A stretch of DNA of 63,473 nt, the filler included, from Octopus bimaculoides (Eukaryota), in the NCBI RefSeq assembly GCF_001194135.2. It is 4 parts of 4 records of this genome, joined end to end, with 100 filler letters (N's around TTAATTAATTAA, not from the genome) between each part and the next. Parts side by side here need not be neighbours in the genome. Positions count along the whole stretch, not along the records: positions 1 to 14,667 come from NC_069001.1; positions 14,768 to 35,892 come from NC_068995.1; 2 more parts are not named here. One strand, written 5' to 3'. A model generated the notes under the pieces. It saw only the letters and a list, made by a program, of their open reading frames with translations. It made no database searches and was not told the origin of the DNA. Of the stretch, positions 14,146 to 27,880 are shown in pieces. The first letter of the stretch is position 1, and the number at the start of each line of letters is the position of its first letter. The translations under genes were made by a program, and so were the position numbers.

Positions 14146-14183
<38 letters not shown>

Positions 14184-14609
14184 GACGAGCTTCTTCAAAG
14201 TATCTATCTGTTAAAATTACTCTCTCATTCCTCCTGTTAATCCGACATTGTTGCAGAAGATACTTACCCTATGATGTTGTGAAGTGGGGATTGCATCTGA
14301 ACCTACGTGCTGATAAAGCAAACCTCTAAATCCCTTATCAATCTATTTATTTGGCCATTCGCTTACTTTAACTGCTACCTACCTTCCTACATACCTACCT
14401 ATCGTTCTACCTATCATTTTACTTACCTTCTAACATGCCCATCTACATCTCTTTACTTATCCACCGAAATAATTATCTACCTATTATTTTACTTGCCCTC
14501 CAACATACTTATCTATCTACATCATCGTGTCATTGTAAGAGATACCTTCTATTGCAATCTTCCTACTCGTTTGACTAATGTTTTCATTTTCTACACACAC
14601 GCACACGCA

Positions 14610-14667
<58 letters not shown>

Positions 14668-14767
14668 NNNNNNNNNNNNNNNNNNNNNNNNNNNNNNNNN
14701 NNNNNNNNNNNTTAATTAATTAANNNNNNNNNNNNNNNNNNNNNNNNNNNNNNNNNNNNNNNNNNNN
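14668..14767. other. Artificial 100-bp assembly spacer
   Basis: Exactly 44 N + TTAATTAATTAA (stops in all six frames) + 44 N. Confidence 0.95.
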
Positions 14768-14981
14768 TATGGCAAATAAGCCGGAGAAAAATCAAAAACT
14801 TTTGGAAATAAACTCCAGAAGGAGCCACTTCCTATTACAAAAACCCAATAGGGTCGAAGTGTATAGACTTATACACCTCTTCCACAAAAAATATTTTAAA
14901 ACTGCAAAAGTTTTGACATATAAAAGGCCAACTTACTTGCGAGCCGATGTGACTAGCATCCGTCCAGATCAGAAGACAGAT

Positions 14982-15028
<47 letters not shown>

Positions 15029-15878
15029 TACATATGTACGTATGTATGTATGTATGTATGTATGCATGTATGTATGGATGGATGGATGGCTGTATATATA
15101 TGTATCTAAGTGACCCATCTATCTTTCTCGAGCAACATATAAGCAGAACTACGTTAGCTGGTGCAGTCAAAACTGCGAGGTTGGTTTTTAAATCTCTAGA
15201 CAATGAGTTAAACTCAAAATTTAACTAATACTCCAAGCAGGTCAAACAGTTATTTTAGACGCCATTACATGAGCCACATCTTCAATTTCTCTACAACCAA
15301 TAACTCTGAGTATTCTGTGTAGCATTCGCTGTTGTGGATGTATTTCCAATAATAATGTTTATATTGTTTGAACGATTTTGTTATCTGCATGTTTCGCAGA
15401 AAAATGTTTGCTTAGTTGTCGAGTTAATGCCCTTGAGAAGAACTGAGGAACATTTCTGCATTTCAGTTGAGAATTTTATTTTACTCTGCTGGCGTTAAAA
15501 TATACGTGAATAACGGTTTTTGTGATTTGTTGCTTTTTAATAAATTATANNNNNNNNNNNNNNNNNNNNNNNNNNNNNNNNNNNNNNNNNNNNNNNNNNN
15601 NNNNNNNNNNNNNNNNNNNNNNNNNNNNNNNNNNNNNNNNNNNNNNNNNNNNNNNNNNNNNNNNNNNNNNNNNNNNNNNNNNNNNNNNNNNNNNNNNNNN
15701 NNNNNNNNNNNNNNNNNNNNNNNNNNNNNNNNNNNNNNNNNNNNNNNNNNNNNNNNNNNNNNNNNNNNNNNNNNNNNNNNNNNNNNNNNNNNNNNNNNNN
15801 NNNNNNNNNNNNNNNNNNNNNNNNNNNNNNNNNNNNNNNNNNNNNNNNNNNNNNNNNNNNNNATATACATATATGTAT

Positions 15879-15916
<38 letters not shown>

Positions 15917-16299
15917 GTATATGTACATATGTATATTAATACATATATGTATGTATATATGTGTATATATATGTATATATATATAAGTATATATATATAT
16001 ATGTATATGTATATATATATATGTATATATATATATGCATATGTATATGTATGTATATATATATATATGTATACGTATATATATATGTATATATATAAGC
16101 ATATATATATATATCTATATATATATATATATATATATATGCTTATATATATACGTATATATATACGTATACATATATATGTACATATATATATGCATAT
16201 ATATACATATACATATATATATACATATATATGTCTATACAGGTATATTGTCCGGCATTCGCCATGATAGATCGCTAGCCACTAAACCTTTTTTTAAAA

Positions 16300-16455
16300 T
16301 TTTCTCTCCTTGTTTATTTCTGTGTTCCTTTCTGTTGAAGAACGTAGGCTTGAAACTTAAAGGACTTTCTCACTTCCCGAGCGTCAAATTAGTATATCTG
16401 TTTGTTGTTTACGCACCCGTCTTCGTCTCTTGTTTTTTGTAAATTCTCACTACAT
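16300..16455 (+). mobile_element. Second copy of the hammerhead-like short repeat
   Basis: cctttctgttgaagaacgtaggcttgaaacttaaaggactttctcacttcccgagcgtcaa. Confidence 0.55.
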
Positions 16456-17124
16456 GTATATATATATATATATATACTCACACACACGCTCGCTTCGGAC
16501 TAGTTTGCGCCCTTCATACAGGATTACAGTGACGGTTGTAGGCCGAAAGGCAGCGTTACCCACTGTTATAACATAGAGGACATGTTCAATTTGCCCTACA
16601 AAACTGAAGACGGATGTCTACTTTCAATTTCATTATACATAACAAAAAACTTTCACCAGACGATTTATGATTCTCACAAATTACCTTCAATAAATACCGC
16701 CATCCACGCACACTCATTAAAGCCAGTCTCTCTCCTTCTCTCTATCCCTCTCTCCATCTCTCTGCTTTTCACATACACGCACATACAGCCATACACACTC
16801 ACACACACATGCGTATTGACACACATACATACACAAAAACACACACACGCACATAAACACACACACACATACACATCTTCATTATTACAAATCGTCTGGT
16901 TTACATACCATTTTAAAAATGATATTAGCTTCATATTTTGTTGGTATTTACAACTATTTCTTGCGACTATATTTCCTTCTTACATATAAAAAATCATTAT
17001 CATGTGTCTCTTAATGTTATAGATCTCGACTTGATGGCGTTTATTCTGTATATCCGTCATTTAAACTTCATTAACAGGAATATAACATGATTCGTTATAT
17101 ATGTATGTGTATGTATATACATAC

Positions 17125-17175
<51 letters not shown>

Positions 17176-17517
17176 NNNNNNNNNNNNNNNNNNNNNNNNN
17201 NNNNNNNNNNNNNNNNNNNNNNNNNNNNNNNNNNNNNNNNNNNNNNNNNNNNNNNNNNNNNNNNNNNNNNNNNNNNNNNNNNNNNNNNNNNNNNNNNNNN
17301 NNNNNNNNNNNNNNNNNNNNNNNNNNNNNNNNNNNNNNNNNNNNNNNNNNNNNNNNNNNNNNNNNNNNNNNNNNNNNNNNNNNNNNNNNNNNNNNNNNNN
17401 NNNNNNNNNNNNNNNNNNNNNNNNNNNNNNNNNNNNNNNNNNNNNNNNNNNNNNNNNNNNNNNNNNNNNNNNNNNNNNNNNNNNNNNNNNNNNNNNNNNN
17501 NNNNNNNNNNNNNNNNN

Positions 17518-17594
<77 letters not shown>

Positions 17595-18340
17595 CATACA
17601 TACAAATATGTCATTAATAACATAACTTTTCTTTCAACAACAGTAAATGGTGTGTTCTGGTTGAATACACACGCGCTCGCAGACGCACACACACAAGCAC
17701 AAGCACGCACACACATACATACACATTAAGATGGCTGCTAAAATATAAACATTCTATAATGTCAATTTCTTGCTTTCTTTCCATCTTTGGAAATACTGCC
17801 GTAATTTCCTTCTTCCAAACTATTCCTTCTACAGGTGATACTCCACTTTCCTCCATATGTCCCCACTTTTTGATACTAATTCCAGGGATTCTTCGCATTT
17901 CTCGACCTTTTTTTTTCTATAGTCTGAAATCCTTTTAAGATGGATTTCAATTTCTGAAGTAACAGAAAGATCAACAAACAAGAAAATTGCATCAAAACTG
18001 CACGATAGTGGTGTCAGACATGACATGCAGACCATCATATAACTTGTTCTATTCTTCTCTTGCATTTTATTTTGACATGCGCATTGCGTTCTTATTCTTC
18101 TCTTCCGTTTCACGAATTCAGTGTGCACATGCGCATTGCTTGTTTATACTTCGTTTTCCAGTTCCTACTCAAAACTTTTTACAGATCGTGAGGTACGTCT
18201 TTTTTTTTTACGGTCCCTTTTGATCAAAATTCTACTCCCTTCCTTTTTCCCCAAAAAGAAAAGCTGCTCATTGTATTTTGTCCACTTTCTGTATCTAGCC
18301 CTGTGTGGCCATAATAAAAAGATATCCTTCAATCTGTCTG

Positions 18341-18402
<62 letters not shown>

Positions 18403-18437
18403 GGTCTATCTATCTATGTAACTATCTTTCTCTCTCT

Positions 18438-18478
<41 letters not shown>

Positions 18479-18567
18479 NNNNNNNNNNNNNNNNNNNNNN
18501 NNNNNNNNNNNNNNNNNNNNNNNNNNNNNNNNNNNNNNNNNNNNNNNNNNNNNNNNNNNNNNNNNNN

Positions 18568-18612
<45 letters not shown>

Positions 18613-19303
18613 AATACACACACACACATGCTCACACATATATACGACAAGATTCTCTCATTTCCCTTTTCAACTTATGTAGCACAAACAGTTATGGATT
18701 CCTATTTCTACAGCAACTTTATGCGACACTTTCACGCAATCCAAATGTCCTAATTTCCCATAGAAAATTAACCATCTGTAGGATCGTCTTCAATGAATAT
18801 TCTTCCCGATTTCAAATGATGATAGCAATCCTGACATAGTCTTCCGTTCAAAGAAAAACGACATCCCCATTGAACTCTTGCGGCGTTTCAAGACATACCA
18901 TAAAGTCGTTTCTGAATGTGAAACAGCGCCGAGAGCTCCAAACATGCGCTCACTCTAAATCTTTGGATCGATGACCAAACGATGTAACCTGATACTCACT
19001 ATTAGTAAATATAGGTCAAGCTCTCGTATATTCAGCATTGTAGTTGTGAGCACGCTGTGCCAGTTGGCTGACACAGCTTCGTTTCTTTTTGCCTCTAGCT
19101 TGTAGAAGTAAGTTTGTTTCAACAAGACTGAAAGATGAAGTCACACAGTTAAACCTAATTTTTAATAAACATGCTTCTGTATCCAGTATTGACTCCTTTC
19201 ATCCCAAAATGCTTATTGTTATTCATAACCAAACGAAGTGAACCCATGTGCGTGCGTGTCTGTGCGTGTGTGGGTGGAGAGTGAGAGTGTGAGAGAGAGA
19301 GAC

Positions 19304-19344
<41 letters not shown>

Positions 19345-20109
19345 ACAATACACATGTGTATACATAATACATGCATATATATATATATATGTGAATGCAT
19401 ATACATGCATATACGTATTATACGTATATGTACGTATATACACACACACATAGAAATATATACTTTTTTATTTATATATATATATATAAAAGTAAATATA
19501 CATATATATACATATATATGTATATATATATATAAAAGTAAATATATATATNNNNNNNNNNNNNNNNNNNNNNNNNNNNNNNNNNNNNNNNNNNNNNNNN
19601 NNNNNNNNNNNNNNNNNNNNNNNNNNNNNNNNNNNNNNNNNNNNNNNNNNNNNNNNNNNNNNNNNNNNNNNNNNNNNNNNNNNNNNNNNNNNNNNNNNNN
19701 NNNNNNNNNNNNNNNNNNNNNNNNNNNNNNNNNNNNNNNNNNNNNNNNNNNNNNNNNNNNNNNNNNNNNNNNNNNNNNNNNNNNNNNNNNNNNNNNNNNN
19801 NNNNNNNNNNNNNNNNNNNNNNNNNNNNNNNNNNNNNNNNNNNNNNNNNNNNNNNNNNNNNNNNNNNNNNNNNNNNNNNNNNNNNNNNNNNNNNNNNNNN
19901 NNNNNNNNNNNNNNNNNNNNNNNNNNNNNNNNNNNNNNNNNNNNNNNNNNNNNNNNNNNNNNNNNNNNNNNNNNNNNNNNNNNNNNNNNNNNNNNNNNNN
20001 NNNNNNNNNNNNNNNNNNNNNNNNNNNNNNNNNNNNNNNNNNNNNNNNNNNNNNNNNNNNNNNNNNNNNNNNNNNNNNNNNNNNNNNNNNNNNNNNNNNN
20101 NNNNNNNNN

Positions 20110-20151
<42 letters not shown>

Positions 20152-20679
20152 CACGCACAAGCATACGCAAGCATATATTTGTACGGCTTGCAGTAAAATA
20201 TGAGAAAAAAAATGGACGAAAATACAGGAGAATAACAAACTGGAGAACATGAATGTAAAAACCCTTTTAAAATACTCAGAATATCGTGTCCGCCATGTAT
20301 GTAACTAATTGCGAAAGGCATTTTTAAATGAAATATTAATAGCTGGTTACTTATTAGATAAAAAGTACAATAACTTGCATATAGGCGCAGGTTAACCAGC
20401 TCGCGTAGCATTTATGTGTTTCCGGGTTCATTGCCACTTGGCGGCAATGTGAGGGTCTTCTTTTATAGCCCCGGACCGACCAATGCCTCTTGAATAAATT
20501 TGATCGACAGAAACTGGACTCACAATGTATGTATGTATGTATGCATGTATGTATGCATGCATGTATGTATGTATGTATGTATGTATTCATACATATGTGT
20601 AGATTTGTATGCTCTGTTTCATGTATTCTCATGCATATAGTTGCATATTTAGACATGCTCATATATACTTAAATGACAA

Positions 20680-20860
20680 ACTTCTGTAAACTTTTGCAGA
20701 CTTTTAGTTCCCGTGATGGCTTGAATCTGTAGCCTTCGAATCAACTTTCTCCTTTCTGATTTTGAGAAGCCTAATTTCGCAAGATTGCTATTTAGGCAGC
20801 GTGCTACGTACCGCAGTGCCCAAATAATTACAGGTATAAAGCTGAATTTGTAATCTGAAC
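20680..20860 (-). mobile_element. C-terminal fragment of a second RLE-type LINE family
   Basis: PVIIWALRYVARCLNSNLAKLGF...LIRRLQIQAITGT resembles the P.IIGALG...L..LG...LQ...GT end of REL domains. Confidence 0.55.
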
Positions 20861-20924
20861 AGAGATACTGCAAATTTCAAAATAGTTCAGCGTAGCTATT
20901 CTTTTTTTCGCTGATCTTTCACTG

Positions 20925-21840
20925 GCAATGTGTATGCATGTATGTATGTATGTATGTATGTATGTATGTATGTATGTATGTATGTATATATGTATGCATG
21001 CATGTATGTATGTATGTATGTATGTATATATGTATGTATATATGTATGTATGTATGTNNNNNNNNNNNNNNNNNNNNNNNNNNNNNNNNNNNNNNNNNNN
21101 NNNNNNNNNNNNNNNNNNNNNNNNNNNNNNNNNNNNNNNNNNNNNNNNNNNNNNNNNNNNNNNNNNNNNNNNNNNNNNNNNNNNNNNNNNNNNNNNNNNN
21201 NNNNNNNNNNNNNNNNNNNNNNNNNNNNNNNNNNNNNNNNNNNNNNNNNNNNNNNNNNNNNNNNNNNNNNNNNNNNNNNNNNNNNNNNNNNNNNNNNNNN
21301 NNNNNNNNNNNNNNNNNNNNNNNNNNNNNNNNNNNNNNNNNNNNNNNNNNNNNNNNNNNNNNNNNNNNNNNNNNNNNNNNNNNNNNNNNNNNNNNNNNNN
21401 NNNNNNNNNGATCTTTCACTGGCAATGTGTATGCATGTATGTATGTATGTATGTATGTATGTATGTATGTATGTATGTATGTATATATGTATGCATGCAT
21501 GTATGTATGTATGTATGTATGTATATATGTATGTATATATGTATGTATGTATGTATGTGCGTATGTATGTATGTGCATACGTATGTATGTATGTATGTAT
21601 GTATGTATGTATGTATGTATGCATGCATGTATGTATGTATGTATGTATGTATATATGTATGTATATATGTATGTATGTATGTGCGTATGTATGTATGTGC
21701 ATACGTATGTATGTATGTATGTATGTATATATGTATGTATATATGTATGTATGTATGTGCGCATGTATGTATGTGCGTATGTATGTATGTATGTCTGTAT
21801 GTATGTATGTATGTATGCATGTATGCATGCATGTATGTTT
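20925..21840. repeat. (TATG)n tetranucleotide array spanning a gap
   Basis: Read directly; it explains the MYVC/HTYI ORFs. Confidence 0.95.
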
Positions 21841-23236
21841 AGAAAAAATGTATATATATATATATAAATATGTGAATGTGCTGGAAATATTTGTATGTGT
21901 ATGCATGTAGGGGGAACGTATGTATGTGTGCATTGGAAATATATGTACGCATAGGAAATGTACATTCAAGTGTGTATATATGCATGTAATTATGTGTATA
22001 TGTGTATATACGCATGTAATTATGTGTATATGTGTATATATGCATGTATTTATGCGTATGTATGCCTTTTTATATTAGTTGCCTCACCGAATGATAACCG
22101 ATGTTGTGTACATCTCCATTATCATGCGGTTGGGCAAAAGAGACCTATAAAATGCACAGCAGGCTTTAAAATAATAGTGGCTGATTCTTTCGACTACTCT
22201 CTACAAGGCGTTGCCCCAGCATAGCCGCAGTTTAATGACTGAAACAAGTAACTATATGAAAGAAGAATTAATAGCTAGAGGGTATCTTACACAAGGGAAG
22301 ATATTTGATACTTTCGAGGAATTAAGAATCAGTTTTATAGAAAATTGAATTTTTATGCTCAGGGCAATATCTTGTGTTTGGTATCTGTAGCATTACATCA
22401 TCTTTTAACTGTTTGGGAAATAACACTCCTACGCTTATTCATTGTAAGAATATGGATGTTTCTTTCTGTTATAGGGTTAGTTGTTCGGTTTAACCATTTC
22501 GCTTCAAAACCACTTCATTTTTCGTTTCATTCCCAGTATGCGGCGCCTCGAGCATAAGCATTTGACCATAGCCTTCTCTGTTTAACAAATAAACTACAAG
22601 TGGACATATTTGGTATATAGAAACAATATGGAAACCTGCTGTTTGTGCGTGTGTGATTATGTATCTATCTATATCTCACCTTCCCTCCTCTCTCACTTCA
22701 CTCTGTACCTTTTCTTTCTTTCTCGTCCCTCCCTATTCTTCTATCCCTCTGCCTCTACCTCTCTCCTCTCTCTCCACGTAACCGGTGTTCGGCCTGAACT
22801 GTCTTTCTTGGTTCGACTACCATCCGTGCAACATCTGTATTCCTTCCCATGCCTGTCATCTCTTATGTCCCTGCCGTAAGGCTTCACTTCCACATATGCC
22901 AGCTTAATTTAATTTGTTCTTAGTCGAAAGACACTTGTTGTTAATGTCCTGTTATTTGCATTTGTATTCGTGCAACATTTCTCCGATTTTTTCCGTCCTT
23001 GTTTTCGTATACATTCGCTGCTTTCTTCCAGGGAATCTAGTGCTCTCAGCTTAGTTCTTTTCTTGGGGCTGGCCAGATTGGAGCAATCCCGAGTATAACC
23101 AGCCGAAATTGCAAAGATAATCTGGAACTCGACTGAGGAAAGAAAACTACGAATGACCCGTCCTTGTTTCTTCTTGTCCCTCTTTTGTGTCATCTGTCTG
23201 GATGTTTTGCGTTCTTGTCCCATTTTTTGCATTCCT

Positions 23237-23269
<33 letters not shown>

Positions 23270-24286
23270 NNNNNNNNNNNNNNNNNNNNNNNNNNNNNNN
23301 NNNNNNNNNNNNNNNNNNNNNNNNNNNNNNNNNNNNNNNNNNNNNNNNNNNNNNNNNNNNNNNNNNNNNNNNNNNNNNNNNNNNNNNNNNNNNNNNNNNN
23401 NNNNNNNNNNNNNNNNNNNNNNNNNNNNNNNNNNNNNNNNNNNNNNNNNNNNNNNNNNNNNNNNNNNNNNNNNNNNNNNNNNNNNNNNNNNNNNNNNNNN
23501 NNNNNNNNNNNNNNNNNNNNNNNNNNNNNNNNNNNNNNNNNNNNNNNNNNNNNNNNNNNNNNNNNNNNNNNNNNNNNNNNNNNNNNNNNNNNNNNNNNNN
23601 NNNNNNNNNNNNNNNNNNNNNNNNNNNNNNNNNNNNNNNNNNNNNNNNNNNNNNNNNNNNNNNNNNNNNNNNNNNNNNNNNNNNNNNNNNNNNNNNNNNN
23701 NNNNNNNNNNNNNNNNNNNNNNNNNNNNNNNNNNNNNNNNNNNNNNNNNNNNNNNNNNNNNNNNNNNNNNNNNNNNNNNNNNNNNNNNNNNNNNNNNNNN
23801 NNNNNNNNNNNNNNNNNNNNNNNNNNNNNNNNNNNNNNNNNNNNNNNNNNNNNNNNNNNNNNNNNNNNNNNNNNNNNNNNNNNNNNNNNNNNNNNNNNNN
23901 NNNNNNNNNNNNNNNNNNNNNNNNNNNNNNNNNNNNNNNNNNNNNNNNNNNNNNNNNNNNNNNNNNNNNNNNNNNNNNNNNNNNNNNNNNNNNNNNNNNN
24001 NNNNNNNNNNNNNNNNNNNNNNNNNNNNNNNNNNNNNNNNNNNNNNNNNNNNNNNNNNNNNNNNNNNNNNNNNNNNNNNNNNNNNNNNNNNNNNNNNNNN
24101 NNNNNNNNNNNNNNNNNNNNNNNNNNNNNNNNNNNNNNNNNNNNNNNNNNNNNNNNNNNNNNNNNNNNNNNNNNNNNNNNNNNNNNNNNNNNATCTATGT
24201 TCTTATATATCCATACATATGCATATGTGCATATAAATATGCATATATAAATATATATATACGTTTATACATATATATATATATGT

Positions 24287-24331
<45 letters not shown>

Positions 24332-25106
24332 TGCGTATTTATTCTAAAGCCGATTCCCACGCACGCAGCAAGAAACCACGCGAAAATTAACAAACACACA
24401 GACACACACAAATATACGCAAACACTCACAAACAGAAATACGCATTCAGAACGCTACTTGTCATCTTTTCGATGATACATAAGATCGGTATAAAGCGGTC
24501 GCAGCGTGACTGTTTATACCGATCTAACATCTACGAAGCTAATGAGAATAATACAAGAGACTTGTTGAACTGCCTTCTTCCATTTTTAAACATTGCGTAC
24601 AACTGTTCATTTGTGAGAAGTTAACATGGCGAGAATATCAATAGGTCTCTTTTAACAGGTTATCTTGGAGGATTTCAGTCTAAGAACAATCGTGATTGAT
24701 TCACAGTTCTCATTGTACTATTCACCGTTATCACTTCTCTGGCACCTACTGGTTTGTTTAGTGTAGTTATGCTTATGGTTGTTGATGGTAATGTTTGGTA
24801 TTGCTGCTGCTGAATGTTGTTGTTATTTGTTTTTTGTGGTGGATGAAGTTAGTAGCTTGAGAAATGTCGGTGATGATGTTGTTGTTGCTGTTGTTGTTGT
24901 TGTTCATGGTGTGGTGGCGGTGTGTTGATGTGGGCTTGTTGTTGTTGTTGTTGTTGTTATTGCTGGCAGTGGTGGTAGTGGTAGTAATGATTGTAATTAT
25001 GTAGAGGGTGACGGCGATGACGTTTGTGTTTGTGAACTTATAATGTTGTTCTTAGTCGTATTTGGTGTTGTTGCTGCAAATTTTGTTCTTATCGGTTTTA
25101 GTGATG

Positions 25107-25139
25107 GGTAGTAGTAGTAGTAGTAGTAGTAGTCAAGTG

Positions 25140-25171
<32 letters not shown>

Positions 25172-25177
25172 CAAGTG

Positions 25178-25215
<38 letters not shown>

Positions 25216-25269
25216 CAAGTGGTAGNNNNNNNNNNGGGTAGTAGTAGTAGTAGTAGTAGTAGTCAAGTG

Positions 25270-25301
<32 letters not shown>

Positions 25302-25362
25302 CAAGTGGTAGTAATAGTAGTAGTAGTAGTAGTCAAGTGGTAGTAGTAGTAGTAGTAGTAGC

Positions 25363-25407
<45 letters not shown>

Positions 25408-25442
25408 CAAGTGGTAGTAGTAGTAGTAGTAGTAGTCAAGTG

Positions 25443-25485
<43 letters not shown>

Positions 25486-25487
25486 CG
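25107..25487. repeat. Higher-order repeat: (GTA)n blocks punctuated by GTCAAGTG
   Basis: Eight visible gtcaagtgg interruptions with variable GTA counts. Confidence 0.95.
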
Positions 25488-26184
25488 ATCATNNNNNNNN
25501 NNNNNNNNNNNNNNNNNNNNNNNNNNNNNNNNNNNNNNNNNNNNNNNNNNNNNNNNNNNNNNNNNNNNNNNNNNNNNNNNNNNNNNNNNNNNNNNNNNNN
25601 NNNNNNNNNNNNNNNNNNNNNNNNNNNNNNNNNNNNNNNNNNNNNNNNNNNNNNNNNNNNNNNNNNNNNNNNNNNNNNNNNNNNNNNNNNNNNNNNNNNN
25701 NNNNNNNNNNNNNNNNNNNNNNNNNNNNNNNNNNNNNNNNNNNNNNNNNNNNNNNNNNNNNNNNNNNNNNNNNNNNNNNNNNNNNNNNNNNNNNNNNNNN
25801 NNNNNNNNNNNNNNNNNNNNNNNNNNNNNNNNNNNNNNNNNNNNNNNNNNNNNNNNGTGGTGATGGTGGTGGTGGTGATGGTGGTGGTGGTGGTGGAGGT
25901 GGTGGCGATGCTTATAGTGATCAATTTTTTTAAACGATAGAATATCAGAATAGATTTGGCTGTTATTTCTATCAGATCAAGCAACCACGCACATACTCCT
26001 TCATTGGCCCGTGATGTCTGTTTGAGTTACTGTTTCTAGAGTCACATAGTTGTTGTTTAACTCGAGGCCAACCTTGAGTGAATAGATCAAACTGAAGATG
26101 AACTATTCACAAACATTCTGTAGATCATCTCTGCTTGTACGTTTTGTATCAGGATTTTATCGCCTCCGCATTTTAAGGCGGCTA

Positions 26185-26375
26185 GCTGGCAGAATCGTTA
26201 GCACGCCGGGCGAAATGCTTAGCAGTATTTCGTCTGTCTGTACGTTCTTAGTTCAAATTCCGCCAAGGTCGACTTTACCTTTCATCCTTTCGGAGTCGAT
26301 TAAATAAGTACCAGTTACGCACTGGGGTCGATGTAACCAACTTAATCCCTTTGTTTGTCCCTTCTAATGAAGAAA
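26185..26375 (+). mobile_element. SINE (Deu-like core, tail type A)
   Basis: aaggcggctagctggcagaatcgttagcacgccgggcgaaatg...tttcatcctttcggagtcgattaaataagtaccag...cttaatccctttgtttgtcc. Confidence 0.85.
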
Positions 26376-27135
26376 TATATCGTCTCTGCATTTGTCTACA
26401 ATCGATGCTTATTTCGTTTTAACACATTTCCATTTTTTCTCGCTTATTTTCATCTAGTTTTAAGTAAACCGCCATTATTATATGTGCACGTGGCTTTTAA
26501 TGTCCTATTCATTAGACACTCCTGTAGGAAATAAAATAAACCATCGTCATTATCATCATTATTATCATCGTCATCATCATCGTCATCGTCGTCATCATCA
26601 TCATCACCACCACCACCACCGCCATTATCATCAACATCATCACCAATATTCCTATCATTATTTAAATAAAATCATTAATGCAAAATAATTCCCTTGGAGG
26701 CCTAAATATCTCGTGTTCCTTAGAGACTAAATATTTCGTTAAACATATACAATAAATTGAATGGCTAATTAATTTACTAATTAATGATTAATTAAACTAA
26801 CGTTATCATTGCTGTTGTTGGCGTTGTTGTGACTGGTTTTGTTTGCCCATACGTTAACACTGACTGAGCAGTCTTACTATCAAATGAGCTTCTATCAAGG
26901 ACATTGGTTATCTAAGAGTACTTTATAAAATGTGCCACTCACTTTGCAAGAGAGCAGGGTGCAATTTGAGGGAGAGATTTAATTGCTATTTTTTTTAGCT
27001 GATTAAGTAAATGCGTAGAGGCTCGCTAAAAAGAAGAGATACAACGATTATTATTTTAATTTTGCTGCGTGGCAACTTACAAAATTATTTCGCACCTTTA
27101 TCGTAAAAAGTAGACTACTAAATGAGATACGTGTG

Positions 27136-27188
<53 letters not shown>

Positions 27189-27327
27189 TGTAGTAGCAGC
27201 AGCAGCAGATGTAGTAGTAGTAATAACAGCACCAATAGCAGCAGTAGTAGAAATAACAGTACTACTACTACAAAAACTACTATTACGACAAAAACTACTA
27301 TTACGACAAAAACTGCTACTGCTTCTT

Positions 27328-27364
<37 letters not shown>

Positions 27365-27769
27365 GGTGGTGGTGATGGTGGTGGTAACTGGAAGCAACCA
27401 CTCGGGTGGTCGAGTGCAGTCACTCTGGTGACGCAAGCCAGTGTTAGTACCGCTAGCGGTCGTTTGATTTGCTAGAATTAGCAGTAACATTAGAATCAGC
27501 AGAACGCATTCGGATTAAAGTGGTATGACTCGACCGCAAGTTTGAATATCTTTGATTAGCGTTCTGCTTGGTCATGATTGAAATGTGGATAAAGGAAAAC
27601 AAACAAACAAACAAAAAAACATACAGCAACATCGAAAACAACAACATCAAAAACAAGTCGTCAACGAAAAACAACGTGAACAACATGAGTTATTCATCAG
27701 TTGAGCGAAAACATCGTTGAATCGTTGTTAAACTTAACGTTTATATTTTTTATTTCTATTTTTGGTTGA

Positions 27770-27880
27770 CCTAAGCAGGATTCTGTCGGTCATGACGACA
27801 AGAGCTCTGGTTGATCCGATCAACGGAACACCATACTCGTGAAATTAACGTGCAAGTGGCTGAATACTCCACAGAAACGT
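27770..27880 (-). mobile_element. SINE tail fragment (same tail as 28885-29050)
   Basis: Shares ttgatccgatcaacggaac...ctcgtgaaattaacgtg...actccacaga. Confidence 0.7.

Noticed and set aside
20913-21437. Direct repeat gatctttcactggcaatgtgtatgcatg on both sides of a gap
   Set aside because: The identical flank restarts exactly at the gap edge, most simply a contig-overlap or haplotype artefact. The same pattern occurs around 61714-62369.
25107-25487. CRISPR-like repeat-spacer array
   Set aside because: The 'spacers' are pure GTA microsatellite, the constant part is 8 nt, and the DNA is eukaryotic with no cas genes.
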